Positions 51,546-63,899 of a stretch of 64,000 bases of DNA are shown here, piece after piece. The notes under the pieces were generated by a model. That model searched no databases, was not told where the DNA came from, and saw only the letters and a list, made by a program, of their open reading frames with translations. The DNA comes from Eledone cirrhosa. Taxonomy: Eukaryota. The position numbers and the translations under genes were made by a program. The DNA lies in assembly GCA_964016885.1 (NCBI GenBank), contig OZ024740.1:87172001-87236000 (forward strand). The letters run 5' to 3'. Each line of letters starts with the position of its first letter. Positions within the stretch are counted from its first letter, which is position 1.

Positions 51546-52469
51546 AAAGTTGCAACTGGTAGATAGTATCAGCAATGGAAAAAACAATAGAAAAATTGGT
51601 TCTTTGGTTTGATTTAATGAGTTCCACCCCATTTGATAAGCAAATGAGGTCTGGGATTTTGTCGATCATTTTAAAAAAATGTATTCACATACAAAACACT
51701 GCCTACTAACTGCATATAACCCTGAGAAATATCCCCAAAGAATAAGAACTAAAGGTAGCAGAACAATGGAACAGTAAATGCGACAAAATTCTTAGCTGAT
51801 ATAGTTGAAAGTCGATTTCATATATTCCTAGTTACATATTATATTTAGCAAAATGATTCAACCTATAGTGCTGCCGAAAAGTTCAAAATTATATTGTTTC
51901 TTAAGAACAAAGGGTTAATTTTCATAATAGACATGCAGATAACATATGCATTGGGCTTAATATTCATCTTAAAATATCATTAAAATTGGAAATATGTAGT
52001 ATGCCAACATGAAAGATATATTTCAGGTAATTTTGAAATATATGCTAATTCAATCCTTCTGAATCAATTTTTCAAATGAGATACATATGGAGTAAGATTA
52101 GCAGAAAGTAATATATACCCAAAACAACAGATTCAAATTTCTATAAACTATATTTTCCAAATCACTGAAGAGTTTTCATGATAAATACTAAAGGGAAAAT
52201 ATATGGAATTAGAGAATTTGCAGTAGAAATCCCCATTTACAGTAAAAGCCAAGTCAAAAATCTATTGGCAAATACAAACTTTTTCATTGACATTCACAAA
52301 GTAGTTCTTTTATTTCTCATGAATAACAAGGAATGAGTAAAATATATCTCACTCTGATAGTCTCAATAAAAGAACAAAAAAATAAGTCACACAAAATTTA
52401 AGTAAATAACATTTACAAAAGTTTAGTCTTAATAGAAAGGCAAAAATATCCATTTACATGGAAATATGC

Positions 52470-52630
52470 ATGCAGCATGGCTGAATGGGTAAGAAGCTCC
52501 CTTCACAAGCATGATGTTCCTGAAAAAATCCCAATGAATGTCATCTTGGGTAAGTGTTCTTTATCATAGCCATGGGAATTGTTCAAGATTTGCATGTGAA
52601 ATTAGGCAGGTGGAGCATGTTTGAATCCTG
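52470..52630 (+). mobile_element. Degenerate family-3 SINE
   Basis: gcatggctgaatgggtaagaagc...cttgggtaagtgttctttatcatagccatggg. Confidence 0.6.
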
Positions 52631-54569
52631 TAACTGTGAATAAAAGGGATCACCTTGTCACACACATCTAAAACACTTCTGTTTCTATCATACAACACTT
52701 TTTTTGTCTTAAGGTGTTTATATATATATATATCTAAAACCTTTCTATCATAATATCATGTAAGAACCTTTCTTAAGTTATGTTCCAAACACCAGCTTAA
52801 TAATGAAAAATGTATATTACTAAAGCTTTCCAAATTCTTGATATTTTCTAAATTATTTGAAAATTATTTGAAAAATCAAATTCAGTGGTTTTCATTAGAA
52901 ACATGGTAATGAAAGGGTTAGGATACATATGTCTGTAGACAATTTAATGAATATGCTGTTCCATTAACTGAGAAACTGGAACACCCATCATCAAGTGTGA
53001 CAGAGATCCATTTATTTATATTTTACAAAGTAATCCCATTATGTCTCACAAATAGCAATGAATTAGAAAAAATATATCCTTCTCTGATAGGTTTGTCAAA
53101 AAAAAAAAAAGAAAAAAAAAAGATGCAAAATTTAAATAACTAACATTTACAAAAGTGAAGCCCGAATAATAGAAGCAGAAATATCTGTTCACAGAAATTC
53201 CAAATTACATTTCATACAAAAAGGTAAAAGTATTTATAAAACTGTTGAAGGGTTTTCATGATAAATTCTAAACAGAGAATATTTGGGGTTATCACAAAGA
53301 TTCATGCTGAAGAGTTAACTAGGAAGCACTAAAGAAGTTAAAGAGTTTATTAGGAAACATAAAACACCATAGAAGCAAAGAGAACTTTAATAAAAGCTTC
53401 AAATGCTGAAATGAATAGATGACACAGAGCCACATGATGGATTCTATAATCAGTTTCTTTTTTTTTTTCTTTTCTTTTCTTTTTTTTCATGATTTTTCAT
53501 TAAAAGCTGGTCTCTCTTTTACAGCTGACAGAATAGCATGGCAACCATTAATATCACTAGCTGTCTTGTCAATAGAACTCTGCAACCATTCAGATACAAA
53601 CTTGTTCCACAGGAAGATTAATATTAAAATTTTATCTCTTATTATAAATGATTGCTGAGTTATATCAAGCATTTCTTAAAATAGAATTTCAAAAGTTAAG
53701 AAACCACATCTTTCCATAATTTCTGGCGAAAAATGAATGTATGTACGTACACACACATGTGTATGTCTTATGTATACTAGAGAATTATATGTTTGATTGT
53801 ACAGTAGGTTTACAGTTACTGAGTCCGAATAAGAAATTTAATACCTAAATCCTGTCTGTTTCAAAGAAATATTCCCCAATACTGTCATAGAATGTAATAA
53901 AAAATGTTTGAATTGATGAGAAGGATGAAAAATAGAATTCAGCATCCATAGCAATATACATGAAGACCAATGTGCATAGACAGTTACAATGAAGTAAATT
54001 CATCTCCCCTTTGATAAGGAATGAATGAAATATTTTTCTGACAGTTCACACATGCAGACACCCCAACACACACACACTCACATACATGAGTATATACACA
54101 AAGTAAAAAAACCCCTGAAGAATATAGATTTAAAAAATCTTAGATTAAAATCTATATTTTTATTTTTATCCCAATTGAAATATATGAACATTGTTCAATA
54201 ACAATTCTATATGGTACCTATTATATAGTATTTTTTTTTTTTTTACATTTGTACGAAAGTCTAAGATATTGTAAATTAAAATGTTAAATTCATCTTTATC
54301 AACAAACTTTACAAAAGATTTATTCCTCGCGACAGTCTCAATAAGTATTCATAAAGTTGTAAGTGATTTAATAATAAGAGTCAATGTTCAAAGTCTGCAA
54401 ATCCTTGATTAACTAAAAATAGAAACGTTACAGAAAAGTAGAGCAGCAAATGTGGAAATGTTTTTGGTTATATTTGAAAGTCAATATGTTGTAAAGTGAT
54501 TGGCAATCAAATGGAGAGAGCATAAGAGAGAAAAAATTCTTTAGTTTTTTTTTTTTTTGTAGACATGAG

Positions 54570-54790
54570 TACTGGTGTCATGAAAAAAAAAAAAAAAATA
54601 ACACACACAGTATATTAAATTGTGGTGTTAAGAAGGGTATCCAGCTGTAGAAACCTTAAAATAGGAAGATATCTGCAAAAAGTAGTACTCTGACCTTTTT
54701 AGGAGAGTAGTAACTCTGAATAAGAACTGACTGAATATAACAATCTATCCAATCCATCCCAGAATGGAAAGTGAACATAAAATAAAGATC
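54570..54790 (+). mobile_element. Old RTE/SINE 3'-module relic
   Basis: ggtgttaagaagggtatccagctgtagaaac ... ccaatccatcccagaatggaaagtgaacataaa. Confidence 0.55.
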
Positions 54791-55099
54791 ACCATCATCC
54801 TTATGACGTGTTGAGCACCCAATACTATCTAAAAATTCAAAATTATATTACAAAATGAAATAAACTATGAAATTACAGCTATTTTATCTGTCACACTTGA
54901 ACTGTATATATTCCATTTAAATGTCAGGAAATATATTAGGAGTTAGAAGTAACATAACACTTAGCCAACTTCTTTGTTTTTTAGTCAACTAGTTGTTTAT
55001 TAACTACTAGCAGAGGTACCCGGCGTTGGCCGGTATAACTCTCAATGGAGTAGTCGTTCAAATGAACCGAAAGACTTCCATTAAACATGACTAGAAGTA

Positions 55100-55480
55100 A
55101 CAATTTATAGGTGAGGGCCTTTGAACGTTCACTTTGAAATATCCCTGCAGCGGTGCTGCCAGCAAAGACAAATCCGATGGTAACAATTTAAAGTTGGTAG
55201 CCCTAAAGAGAGCCTTGGATCGTTCAATCTTAAAAGTCTCAGCGGCGGTGCTGCCAGCAAAAACGAATCCAGCGATACAATTTATAGTTAGTGGCCCTGA
55301 AGAGGACCTTTTAACGTTCACTTTAAAATATCTCAGTGGCGGTGCTGCCAGCAAAGATGAATCCGATGGTAACAATTTAAACGTGGTGGCCCTGAGGAGG
55401 GCCTTGGATTGTTCACTCTTAAAAGTCTCAGCGGCAGAGCTGTCAGCAAAGACGACTCCGATTAGAGGTGGTGGCCCTTA
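55100..55480. repeat. Four ~95-bp tandem units arranged as a 189-bp dimer inside the Helitron
   Basis: gcggtgctgccagcaaa-like motif at about 55150, 55244, 55339 and 55433; alternate units are most alike. Confidence 0.85.
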
Positions 55481-55858
55481 AGAAGTCCTTCATACCACTT
55501 TGGTGTGTCGTATTTGCTTTGCTTGTTATTTGAGATTTTAACCTAGAAAAGTATGTAACAGTCGGTGGCCACAAAAACTGCCTTGGCAAGATCACGCTGG
55601 CATGTCAAAAAAATGTGTAAATAAGATTTAGGGAAAAGTAGATTAATTAGGTTAAAACTATGGAACATCGATAGCAAAGCGTAATAGCAACATATAAATT
55701 CGGAAAACAGAGACATTGAACATTTATAACATATAACAAAAGCAACCTCAGAGGCGTCCGTGGTATTGTCAAAGGAACAAAAATAGCACATGGATACAGT
55801 AAATGTAAGCACTTATACCAAAAAAAAAACAGCGATTACTTGTTGGCGGATGGGGTGC

Positions 55859-56340
55859 CTACAAAACTTCCTTATAGACTATATTTTGGGTTTTCTCGTG
55901 AGTTGCAAAAGCAAATAGGTTATGTTGGCTCCCCACTCGAGAGCAGTCAACATATAGTTGATCATGGGAGAAGCACAGCTCTTCTAAATTAAGCCCTACG
56001 ACTGTCAGCGTCTGACCCTGACCCTGTGATTTGTTAATCGACATGGCGAAACTGAGGGAATTGCAGCCTTCTGAATGTGAAAGGAATGTCTTTACCGGAT
56101 GAACTGAGAGGTATCCTTGATATGAAGACAGTATCCCCCTTGCCACATCCTGTAAGTATTGTTGCCTCAATAACATGAGGCATCGCCTTTTGGACGACCA
56201 GACGCGTGTCGTTGGAAAGCCTTCGGGGTTCCAAATCCCTGAGGAGCATGACAAGGGCACCTTTCTTAAGTGGCAGTAAGTGTGGTGGCAATCCGGGAGA
56301 GTCTAGGGAGTTAAGAAATTCTGTGGGGTAATTAACAACT
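55859..56340 (-). pseudogene. C-terminal fragment of Helitron RepHel PIF1-family helicase, frameshifted near 56055
   Basis: [50 protein letters not shown] / [13 protein letters not shown](GQ)TL..FSHDQLYVDCSRV..TQNIVYKEVL*. Confidence 0.92.
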
Positions 56341-57049
56341 TCGGAAATATAATAGTGTGGCTACAGTGGTAGGTATATAAGTGTCAGTATGTTTGTTCAG
56401 TTCGAACATAGCAATAAGTAAGTACTAACCATTGAAAGCATACAGGAAAAAATGGCCGAAAAATCGCAGCATGATAAACTGGAACCTTAAGGTGACAAAT
56501 GTTGAAGAAGCATGCGTTTCAGAAACATGGGGTAACTTATGAGAGGACGCATGTAAAAAAAAACCTACCACTTGTCAAAAGCCAAAAAAGAAGTGTGATC
56601 CTAGGTCGGACTTGACCGATATAAATAGGAGTGATTTCGCTCAATGAACAACACTCGAGTTGTCTGATTGGTTAGATAATACAAATAAGTGTGATGAAAT
56701 CTACTGAACACAACTCACTGATGTGTGGTTGGCCAGAGGTCGCTATTTCGCACTTAATTGAGGTGTAATTAAACGGAGGAGACAACTGGGTGCAAAAACT
56801 AATCAATCATTCGCACAGTTTAGGCATGAGTGTGAAATAGCACAATCCACATACAGTAGGCGTTAAAATTTACACCTGGGTTAAATAGCGCTTTATTGTT
56901 TAGGAGTGTGAAATGACGCCAAAGTTCAAGGAAAAAATGTTAACTCCCCATTCCGCACTTAATTGTGGTGCAATTACACGGGGAAGACAACCAGGTGCAA
57001 AATTCAATTCAATCATCCTAAAGTTAACTAAACAAACTAAAGTTAAGTC

Positions 57050-58100
57050 AGGGGGATTTAAAAATTTGCTACACCATTTGTAGGACATGAGTAACCAATG
57101 CGTCAACTTTCGTTTAAATTGACTTTTATTTCCAGAAGTCGAAATGCTTTGCTGCGACTATAATATGAACTTTAAAAGTGGTCCAAAGGGGCTCACTGCC
57201 CTCCCTAGGAGGTTCCCTTGCAAAATTCAAGTGATAACGAATGTGTGGTGCTCTATCTTATGGCAGGCAATAACCATTTTGTTTAGTTTTTGTAAGAATC
57301 AAGTATAAACTCCCGAGCTTATGGTACTTTTTTATTGTGGCAGTTTGAACTTTTATAGGTTAATTATTGGGCTCATTGTCCCCGTGGGGTCCTCTTGCTC
57401 AATTAAAATGAAAGTAAATGTGTGTCACTGTATCTTCATCTGCAGTACATGAATAACAACTAAGTTGAAATTCGTTTTATTGGACTACCAATTATCGAAG
57501 CTATGATGCTTTGCAGCATTACAATAGCCAAATTCAATAAGTGAATCGCCGGGGCTTACTGCCCCCTGGGGTCCTATTGCTTGTTCCGGGTATAGACAGT
57601 GTCTTCAACATCATCTTTAGGCAATAGGCAACCAATGTGTCCAGTAAAGTTAAAATTGAACGTAAACTTCAAAAGTTATCAGGTACTAATACAGTGTTAA
57701 TATGAACTTCAATAGATAAGTCGAAGGGGCTTACTACCCCCCCCCCCCCGGTCCCCTTGATAAGTTCATGTGTTCACCTTCCTTTATAAGCCATGGGTAA
57801 CCAATACATCTCACTTCGTGAAAACCAAACACCAACTCAGCAGTTATGACGTTTTGTTGCATTGATGATATCAACTTCAACATTCATCAAGTTGGTTTAC
57901 TGCCCCCCCAGGGGTCCCCTACCTGAATTTCTGTGCAACTGCATGCCTGCAATTTTATTTGTAGGCCATAAGCAAACAAAAGATTAATTTTGGTGAAGAT
58001 GGGAGGCAAATTGCAGGAATTATGGGGCCTTTATGCAGTAGTACTGCTGACTCCAAGCAAGAGGCTTAAGGGATTATCTGCCCCCATGGGGCCCCACAAT
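57050..58100. repeat. Diverged ~175-180-bp tandem units inside the Helitron
   Basis: ggggcttactgcccc..ggggtccc-like motif at about 57188, 57368, 57551, 57726, 57894 and 58070. Confidence 0.75.
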
Positions 58101-58297
58101 CGATAAAAAATTACGGAAAAATAAAATAGCCTACGACGTGTAATAGGACTACAGAAATCTATGTATGAAATTTGGTGCAAATAGGTTGTAAAATGTAGAA
58201 ATTTATGCGGTTACACAGACAGACAGACATCTGTTTTATATATATAGACTAGCAGAAAACCACCCACGGATGGTCTTCTGCTAGTCGATATATATTT

Positions 58298-58677
58298 AAC
58301 ACACACACAAACACACAAACACAAACACAGACACACACACACATACATATATACACCCATGTTCATATTTTGAGATGCATTATTCTCAAATCAGATTATC
58401 TCTGACAGGAAGAACCAGTTTATAATTTTTAAGAAAAATTAAGCATACAGACATATTTTAGGAAACTTATGAATTCCTGTACACACACACACAAACACAG
58501 ATACACACAGACACATGCACAGACAGACAAACACGCATACAGACACATACGCTAACACACACATACCATACACACACTCATACATACGCACACACGCTAA
58601 CACACACATACACACTTAAACCTATATATATGTATATATATAGAGAGACACATAATATACATATATAATATATATAT
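58298..58677. repeat. (CA)/(TA)-rich low-complexity tracts
   Basis: Direct reading. Confidence 0.85.
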
Positions 58678-61600
58678 ATCATCATCATCATCATCATCAA
58701 CGTTTAACGTCCGTGTTCCACGCTTGCATGGGTTTGGACGGGGGTATTCCCACTTGAGGCAAGAGTGATTGTCTTGCTCGCATAGGACTGTCTGGCAGGT
58801 TTTCTACAGTTGGATGCCCTTCCTAACACCAACCACATTTACAGTGTGGGACTGGGAGGTTTTTACCGTGTTGCCTACACGGCCACATTACAACGTGGAC
58901 TGTGTGTTTTTTTGTCGTGACACCTACACGATCTCATTTGTTTCGGCCTGGATGTTGTGGCACCAACATAACTTTACATAGGAGGGGGTGGTGTGGATGG
59001 GGTGTGGGTGGTGGGACGGGGGTGTATTTTGTTAGAGATGCCTACTGGCTGTAGTAGGTTTTACTATGTATTTAGGTAAGGCGGGTCTTCTCTATTACTG
59101 AGTACCGCCAAAGGTCTCGGTCCAGTGACGTTGTCTTGGAGAGGTGTAAGTGTGTGAGGTCGGAGTTTATCAGCTCGTCCCAGGATTTTCTAGGTCTGCC
59201 TATTCCATGGCTACCGTCTATCTTTATTGCCCTGCACTTTGTTATACAGCTATCGACTTTCATGCGCATCACGTGTCCGTACCAACGTAGCCTTCTCTCG
59301 AGTAAACAACATCTGATCCCTCTTATTTCTAATTTTTTCCTTAGTTCGTTTATGCTTTGCCGTTCAGGTATATTACTATTACACATCCAGCGGAGCATGC
59401 AAGCTTCGTTCCTCTCTAGTCTGCGTATATCCTCTGCACACAATGCCCAGGTCTCACTGCCATGCAACATTGCTGTTCGTATGCAGGCATCATACAACCT
59501 GCCTTTCATTTTTAGGGAGAACCCTTTAGCGGCTAATAGTGGTATAAGCTCTCTGAACTTTTTCCATCCAGTTCTGACTCTAGCTACTATACTTTCGGAG
59601 CACCCTCCCCCACTGCTGATTTTGTCACCCAGGTAACGTAAGCTGTCCACTATTTCTATAGAGCCCTCTGCGCAATTGAAAGAGTTAGTATTTTGTGGGC
59701 ATTCGCTGCTACTTATTGCACCAGAGCACCGCCCACATGTAAAATCTAAGTTCTTAGCTTACCTCTGATCCCACTACATCTTTTATGCACCCATACTTTG
59801 CATTTGGGACATAAAATGGAGTTTCTACCTACGCCTTTCCTACACACTGAGCATGGCCATTTCCCGGAAGGGACCGCCGCCTTATTTTCTTTCCTGCAAA
59901 CTAGAACTTTAGTCTTAGCCAGGTTAATTTTAAGGCCTTTTGATTCTAGGCCGTGCTTCCATGTTTGGAATTTCTTCTCTAGCTCGGCCATTGATTCAGC
60001 TATGAGTGTCAGGTCGTCTGCGTATAGGAGTTCCCATGGGCAGCCGGTCTTGAACTCCTCTGTTATAGCCTGAAGGGCAATAATAAATAGTAGGGGGCTG
60101 AGAACAGAGCCCTGATGGACGCCAACTTTTACGCTAAACTCTTCACTATATTCGTTGTTAATTCTAACCTTGCTGACTGTTTCTTTATACATGGCTTGTA
60201 TAGATCTCACAAGCCATTCGTCGACACCTAGTTTCTAAGGGCCCACCAGATAATGGAACGGGGGACTCTGTCGAAGGCTTTCTCCAAGTCGACAAAAGCT
60301 AAGTAGAGGGGTTTACCTTTAGCTAGGTACTTCTCCTGTAGTTGACGTACAATGAAAAGAGCGTCTGTGGTACTTTTGCCTGACACAAACCCGAACTGCA
60401 TTTCATCTAGGTCAATTCTCTCTCTGATTAGTTGCGCTATTACTTTTTCTGTGACCTTCATGACCTGGTCGATCAATTTAATGCCTCTATAGTTACTCCT
60501 ATCTAGGGCATCTCCTTTACCCTTATAACAGTTAATGATGATGCTGCTATGCCAGTCCTTCGGAACAACCCCATTCTGTACGACTTGGTTAACTATCCGG
60601 GTGACCAAGGTGTGTCCCACCGTGCCAGATGCCTTCAGCATCTCAGCAACTATTTCCGAAGGCCCAGCCGCCTTACCCGTCTTCATATCCTTGATTGCCT
60701 TAGTTATTATACTACCCTCGACTAACACTGCTAGTCCCTCTATTGGCTCGATGTGGGGGAGACTGTCTTTCTCCCATTTATTCTCCTCATTTAGTAGCCT
60801 TTCATAGTGACACTTCCAAGCTACCTTCTTATCAGCGTCGGTGATGGCAAGTACGCCGTCATCATTAAGTACACACTTCTCCCCGACAATATCACGGTTT
60901 TCCTTGACACATTGCCTAGCAATCCTGAACACCTCACGTTTTTGGTCCTCGCATTGTAGAACATGCTTGAACTTTCTTTCCTCTGCTTCCCTTCTTGCGA
61001 AGTACACTTGTCTCCTAGCCTCCCTCCTGGCCACTTGATAGTCTTCTCTACTTCCCCCATCCCACCATACTTTCCAAGCCTGCCTTTTGGCCTTAATTGA
61101 CCCCTCCACCCTACTGTTCCACCACCATGCTACTCTCCCCCTGCCTACAGGCCTGCTCCAGCCACAGACTTCGTCTGTCACCATCAGCAGGTTTGCTTTC
61201 AGAAATTCCCACTGTCCCTCTATATTGTCCGACTCTAAATGCTCTTCCTTACTGTCGAAAGCATCAAGTAATATGCTTTGAAATTTATTTCTGGCTGTGG
61301 GGTCCTTTAGCTTCCATATTTTTCTCCTGAGGATAGTCCTCTTCTGCTGTCAAGTACGTCTCGTCCTGACTATGAGGTCGCTAATTATCAGTCTATGTTG
61401 GGAGGTGCATTCTTCATGGGGGAGGGATTTAGTGTTTACAACAGACACTCTGTCACGTCTTCTGGTAAGGATATAATCTACCTGGCTTGTGTGTTCCCCG
61501 GATCTATAGGTGATCAGGTGATTGTCTCGTTTTTTGAAGTTAGTGTTACAGATAGTTAGGTTATTTGCATCACAGAATTCCAGGATTCTGGAGCCTTCCT

Positions 61601-61967
61601 CATTTCTAGTACCAAACCCATAGCCTCCATGGATTTCGTCGTAGCCGTCACAATGTTGTCCAACGTGACCATTTAGGTCGCCTGCGATAATTATATAGTC
61701 ACTGTCGGTTATTTGGGAGGTAGTGAGCATCAGTGTCTCATAGAATCTGTCTTTTATAGTGCCGGGCAGTCCAGATTGGGGTGCGTATGCAGATATTACT
61801 GTCACCGTAGTTCTATTGAGGACAAGTCTTATTTTAATTATTCTGTCGTTCACTCTATTTACGTCTATTATCTTGTCTGCCCACTTTTCTGCTACCATGA
61901 TTCCTACTCCACCCAGCCCATCGTCGTTTCCCGCCCAGAAAAGCTTATAACATCGTTTTTTACCCTC
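58678..61967 (-). mobile_element. RTE-clade LINE copy D, the longest copy (truncated in the N-terminal endonuclease)
   Basis: APE, linker, RT, 3' UTR and (CAT)n tail; (TA)n on both sides. Confidence 0.97.
59072..61967 (-). pseudogene. RTE APE endonuclease-reverse transcriptase polyprotein with three visible lesions (stop at about 61350, -1 at about 60230, -4 at about 59750)
   Basis: APE motifs GVGI, ISAYAPQ, IIAGDLNGHVG, QVDYIL, SQHRL; RT motifs QFGF, DLEKAFD, QGSVLSP, YADD, RYLG. ORF pieces 61350-61898, 60228-61184, 59746-60210 and 59072-59650. Confidence 0.95.
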
Positions 61968-62222
61968 ATATATATATATATATTATATATACACACACAC
62001 ACACATATAACACACACCCATATATAAAACATACACACACATATAACACAAACACACATATATAACACACACATGCACACACACACACACACACAAAACA
62101 CACATATAACACACATATAATACACACACACACACGCATACACACGCATACACACACATATAACACACACACATGCATACACACACATATAACACACACA
62201 CACACATATATATATATATTAT
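61968..62222. repeat. Compound (TA)n/(CA)n microsatellite
   Basis: Direct reading. Confidence 0.95.
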
Positions 62223-62549
62223 ATCCTCAGCGCAAGTGAGTTGGTTAAAACACCAAAAGCCAGTCTTAAAGTTGTCGTCTGTAAATTCAAAGAACTCGGC
62301 TGTGTCTGGCTAGATCTCCATGGTAACTACTCCAAGGTAGCGCGTGTCATGGCTGGGAACGCAGGTGTCACGTGCTGGCCTAGAACGCTGGTTGTTGGAA
62401 TCAGTGGTCGACGACATAACATATATATTATATGTGTGTGGAATAGTATAAATATTTCTTCATATTTACTAACATATATATATATATTATATATACATAC
62501 ATTATATATATATTATTAATATATTACATACGTACATTTATTTATATAT

Positions 62550-62630
62550 ATATATATTTATTAAAATAAAAGATTAAAGTTTAAGCAAAGAATCGCTGCT
62601 CTCACCCTTAACGGGATCTTCTGAAACTAA

Positions 62631-62675
<45 letters not shown>

Positions 62676-62840
62676 ATAATAATAAATTCGAAGACTAAAA
62701 TCCAAAGAGGGCTCGATAAGGATAAATATATATCAAATATATAAGAACCGTAGAGCAAATATTTATTAAAATGAAAGCAGGGTGAAAGCAGCGATTCTAT
62801 GCTTAAACTTTAATCTGTTATTTTAATAAATATATATATA
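62550..62840. repeat. Inverted repeat (38-bp core, 2 mismatches, extending into AT-rich flanks); possible Penelope-like pLTR remnant
   Basis: agattaaagtttaagcaaagaatcgctgctctcaccct (62571-62608) versus agggtgaaagcagcgattctatgcttaaactttaatct (62779-62816). Confidence 0.8.
62578..62628 (-). ncRNA. Degenerate type I hammerhead-like fold
   Basis: AGUUU-CAGAAGA-UCCC-GUUAA-GGGU-GAGA-GCA-loop-UGC-UU-AAACU. Stems I-III pair, but the core deviates at U4, the 10.1/11.1 pair and A14. Confidence 0.35.
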
Positions 62841-62843
62841 TAT

Positions 62844-63395
62844 AAAATCAGCAGTGGGGGAGGGTGCTCTGAAAGTACAGTAGCTAGAGTCAGAACTGGA
62901 TGGAAAAAGTTCAGAGAGCTTATACCACTATTAGCCGCTAGAGGGTTCTCCCTAAAAATGAAAGGCAGGTTATACGATGCCTGCATACGAACAGCAATGC
63001 TGCATGGCAGTGAGACCTGGGCATTGTGTGCAGAGGATATACGCAGACTAGAGAGGAATGAAGCTTGCATGCTCCGCTGGATGTGCAATAGTAATATATG
63101 TGAACGGCAAAGCATAAACGAACTAAGGAAAAAATTAGAAATAAGAGGGATCAGATGTTGTTTACTCGAGAGAAGGCTACGTTGGTACGGTCACGTGATG
63201 CGCATGAAAGACGACAGCTGTATAACAAAGTGCAGGGCAATAAAGATAGACGGTAGCCACGGAGTAGGCAGACCCAGAAAAACATGGGATGAGCTGATAA
63301 ATTCCGACCTCACACGCTTACACCTCTCCAAGACAATGTCACTGGACCGAGACCTTTGGTGGTACTCAGTAATAGAGAAGACCCGCCTTACCTAA
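62844..63395 (+). pseudogene. C-terminal fragment of the RTE ORF
   Basis: KISSGGGCSES..RTGWKKFREL..GSETW..RRLRWYGHVMRM..GRPRKTW; nearly identical to 59072-59625. Confidence 0.9.
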
Positions 63396-63899
63396 ATACA
63401 AAGTAAAAACCTACTACAGTCAGTAGGCATCTCTATCAAAACACCCCCCCGTCCCACCACCTCCAACCCATCCACACCGCCCCTTTCAATGTACAGTTAT
63501 GTTGGTCCCACAACATCCAGGCCGAAACAAATGAGATCGTGTAGGTGTCACGACAAAAAAACACACAGTCCACGCTGTAAATGTGGCCGTGTAGGCAACA
63601 CGGTAAAAACCTCCCAGCCCCACACTGTAAATGTGGTTGGTGTTAGGAAGGGCATCCAGCTGTAGAAAACCCGCCAGACAGTCCACGCTGTAATGTGGCC
63701 GTGTAGGCAACACGGTAAAAACCTCCCAGCCCCACACTGTAAATGTGGTTGGTGTTAGGAAGGGCATCCAACTGTAGAAAACCCGCCAGACAGTCCTATG
63801 CGAGCAAGACAACCACTCTTGCCTCAAGTGGGAAAACCCCCGTCCAAACCCATGCAAGCGTGGAACACGGACGCTAAACCTGATGATGATGATGATGAT
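62844..63899 (+). mobile_element. RTE-clade LINE copy E (5'-truncated; subfamily of B and D)
   Basis: C-terminal ORF 62958-63395, duplicated 3'UTR unit, (GAT)n tail, (TA)n on both sides. Confidence 0.95.

Larger units (their letters stand above)
55007..58248 (-). mobile_element. Non-autonomous Helitron with both termini (3.24 kb)
   Basis: The - strand starts TCTATATATATAAAACAGATGTCTGTCTG at 58248 and ends CCGGC-CAAC-GCCGG hairpin + gtacctctgCTAG|T at 55007. It holds a same-strand PIF1 helicase remnant and is richer in CpG than the flanks. Confidence 0.85.

Noticed and set aside
53525-53612. Possible exon after tctctcttttacag (similar case near 26216)
   Set aside because: No convincing donor site, early stops and no recognisable protein.
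55134-55481. 115-aa ORF with a 63-aa repeat, considered as a captured gene
   Set aside because: The underlying ~95-bp monomer is read in different frames, which indicates a DNA tandem repeat rather than protein-level conservation.
58678-61967. Copy D as an active autonomous LINE
   Set aside because: It lacks the 5' UTR and endonuclease N-terminus and has a stop and two frameshifts, although the homopolymer one could be a sequencing error.
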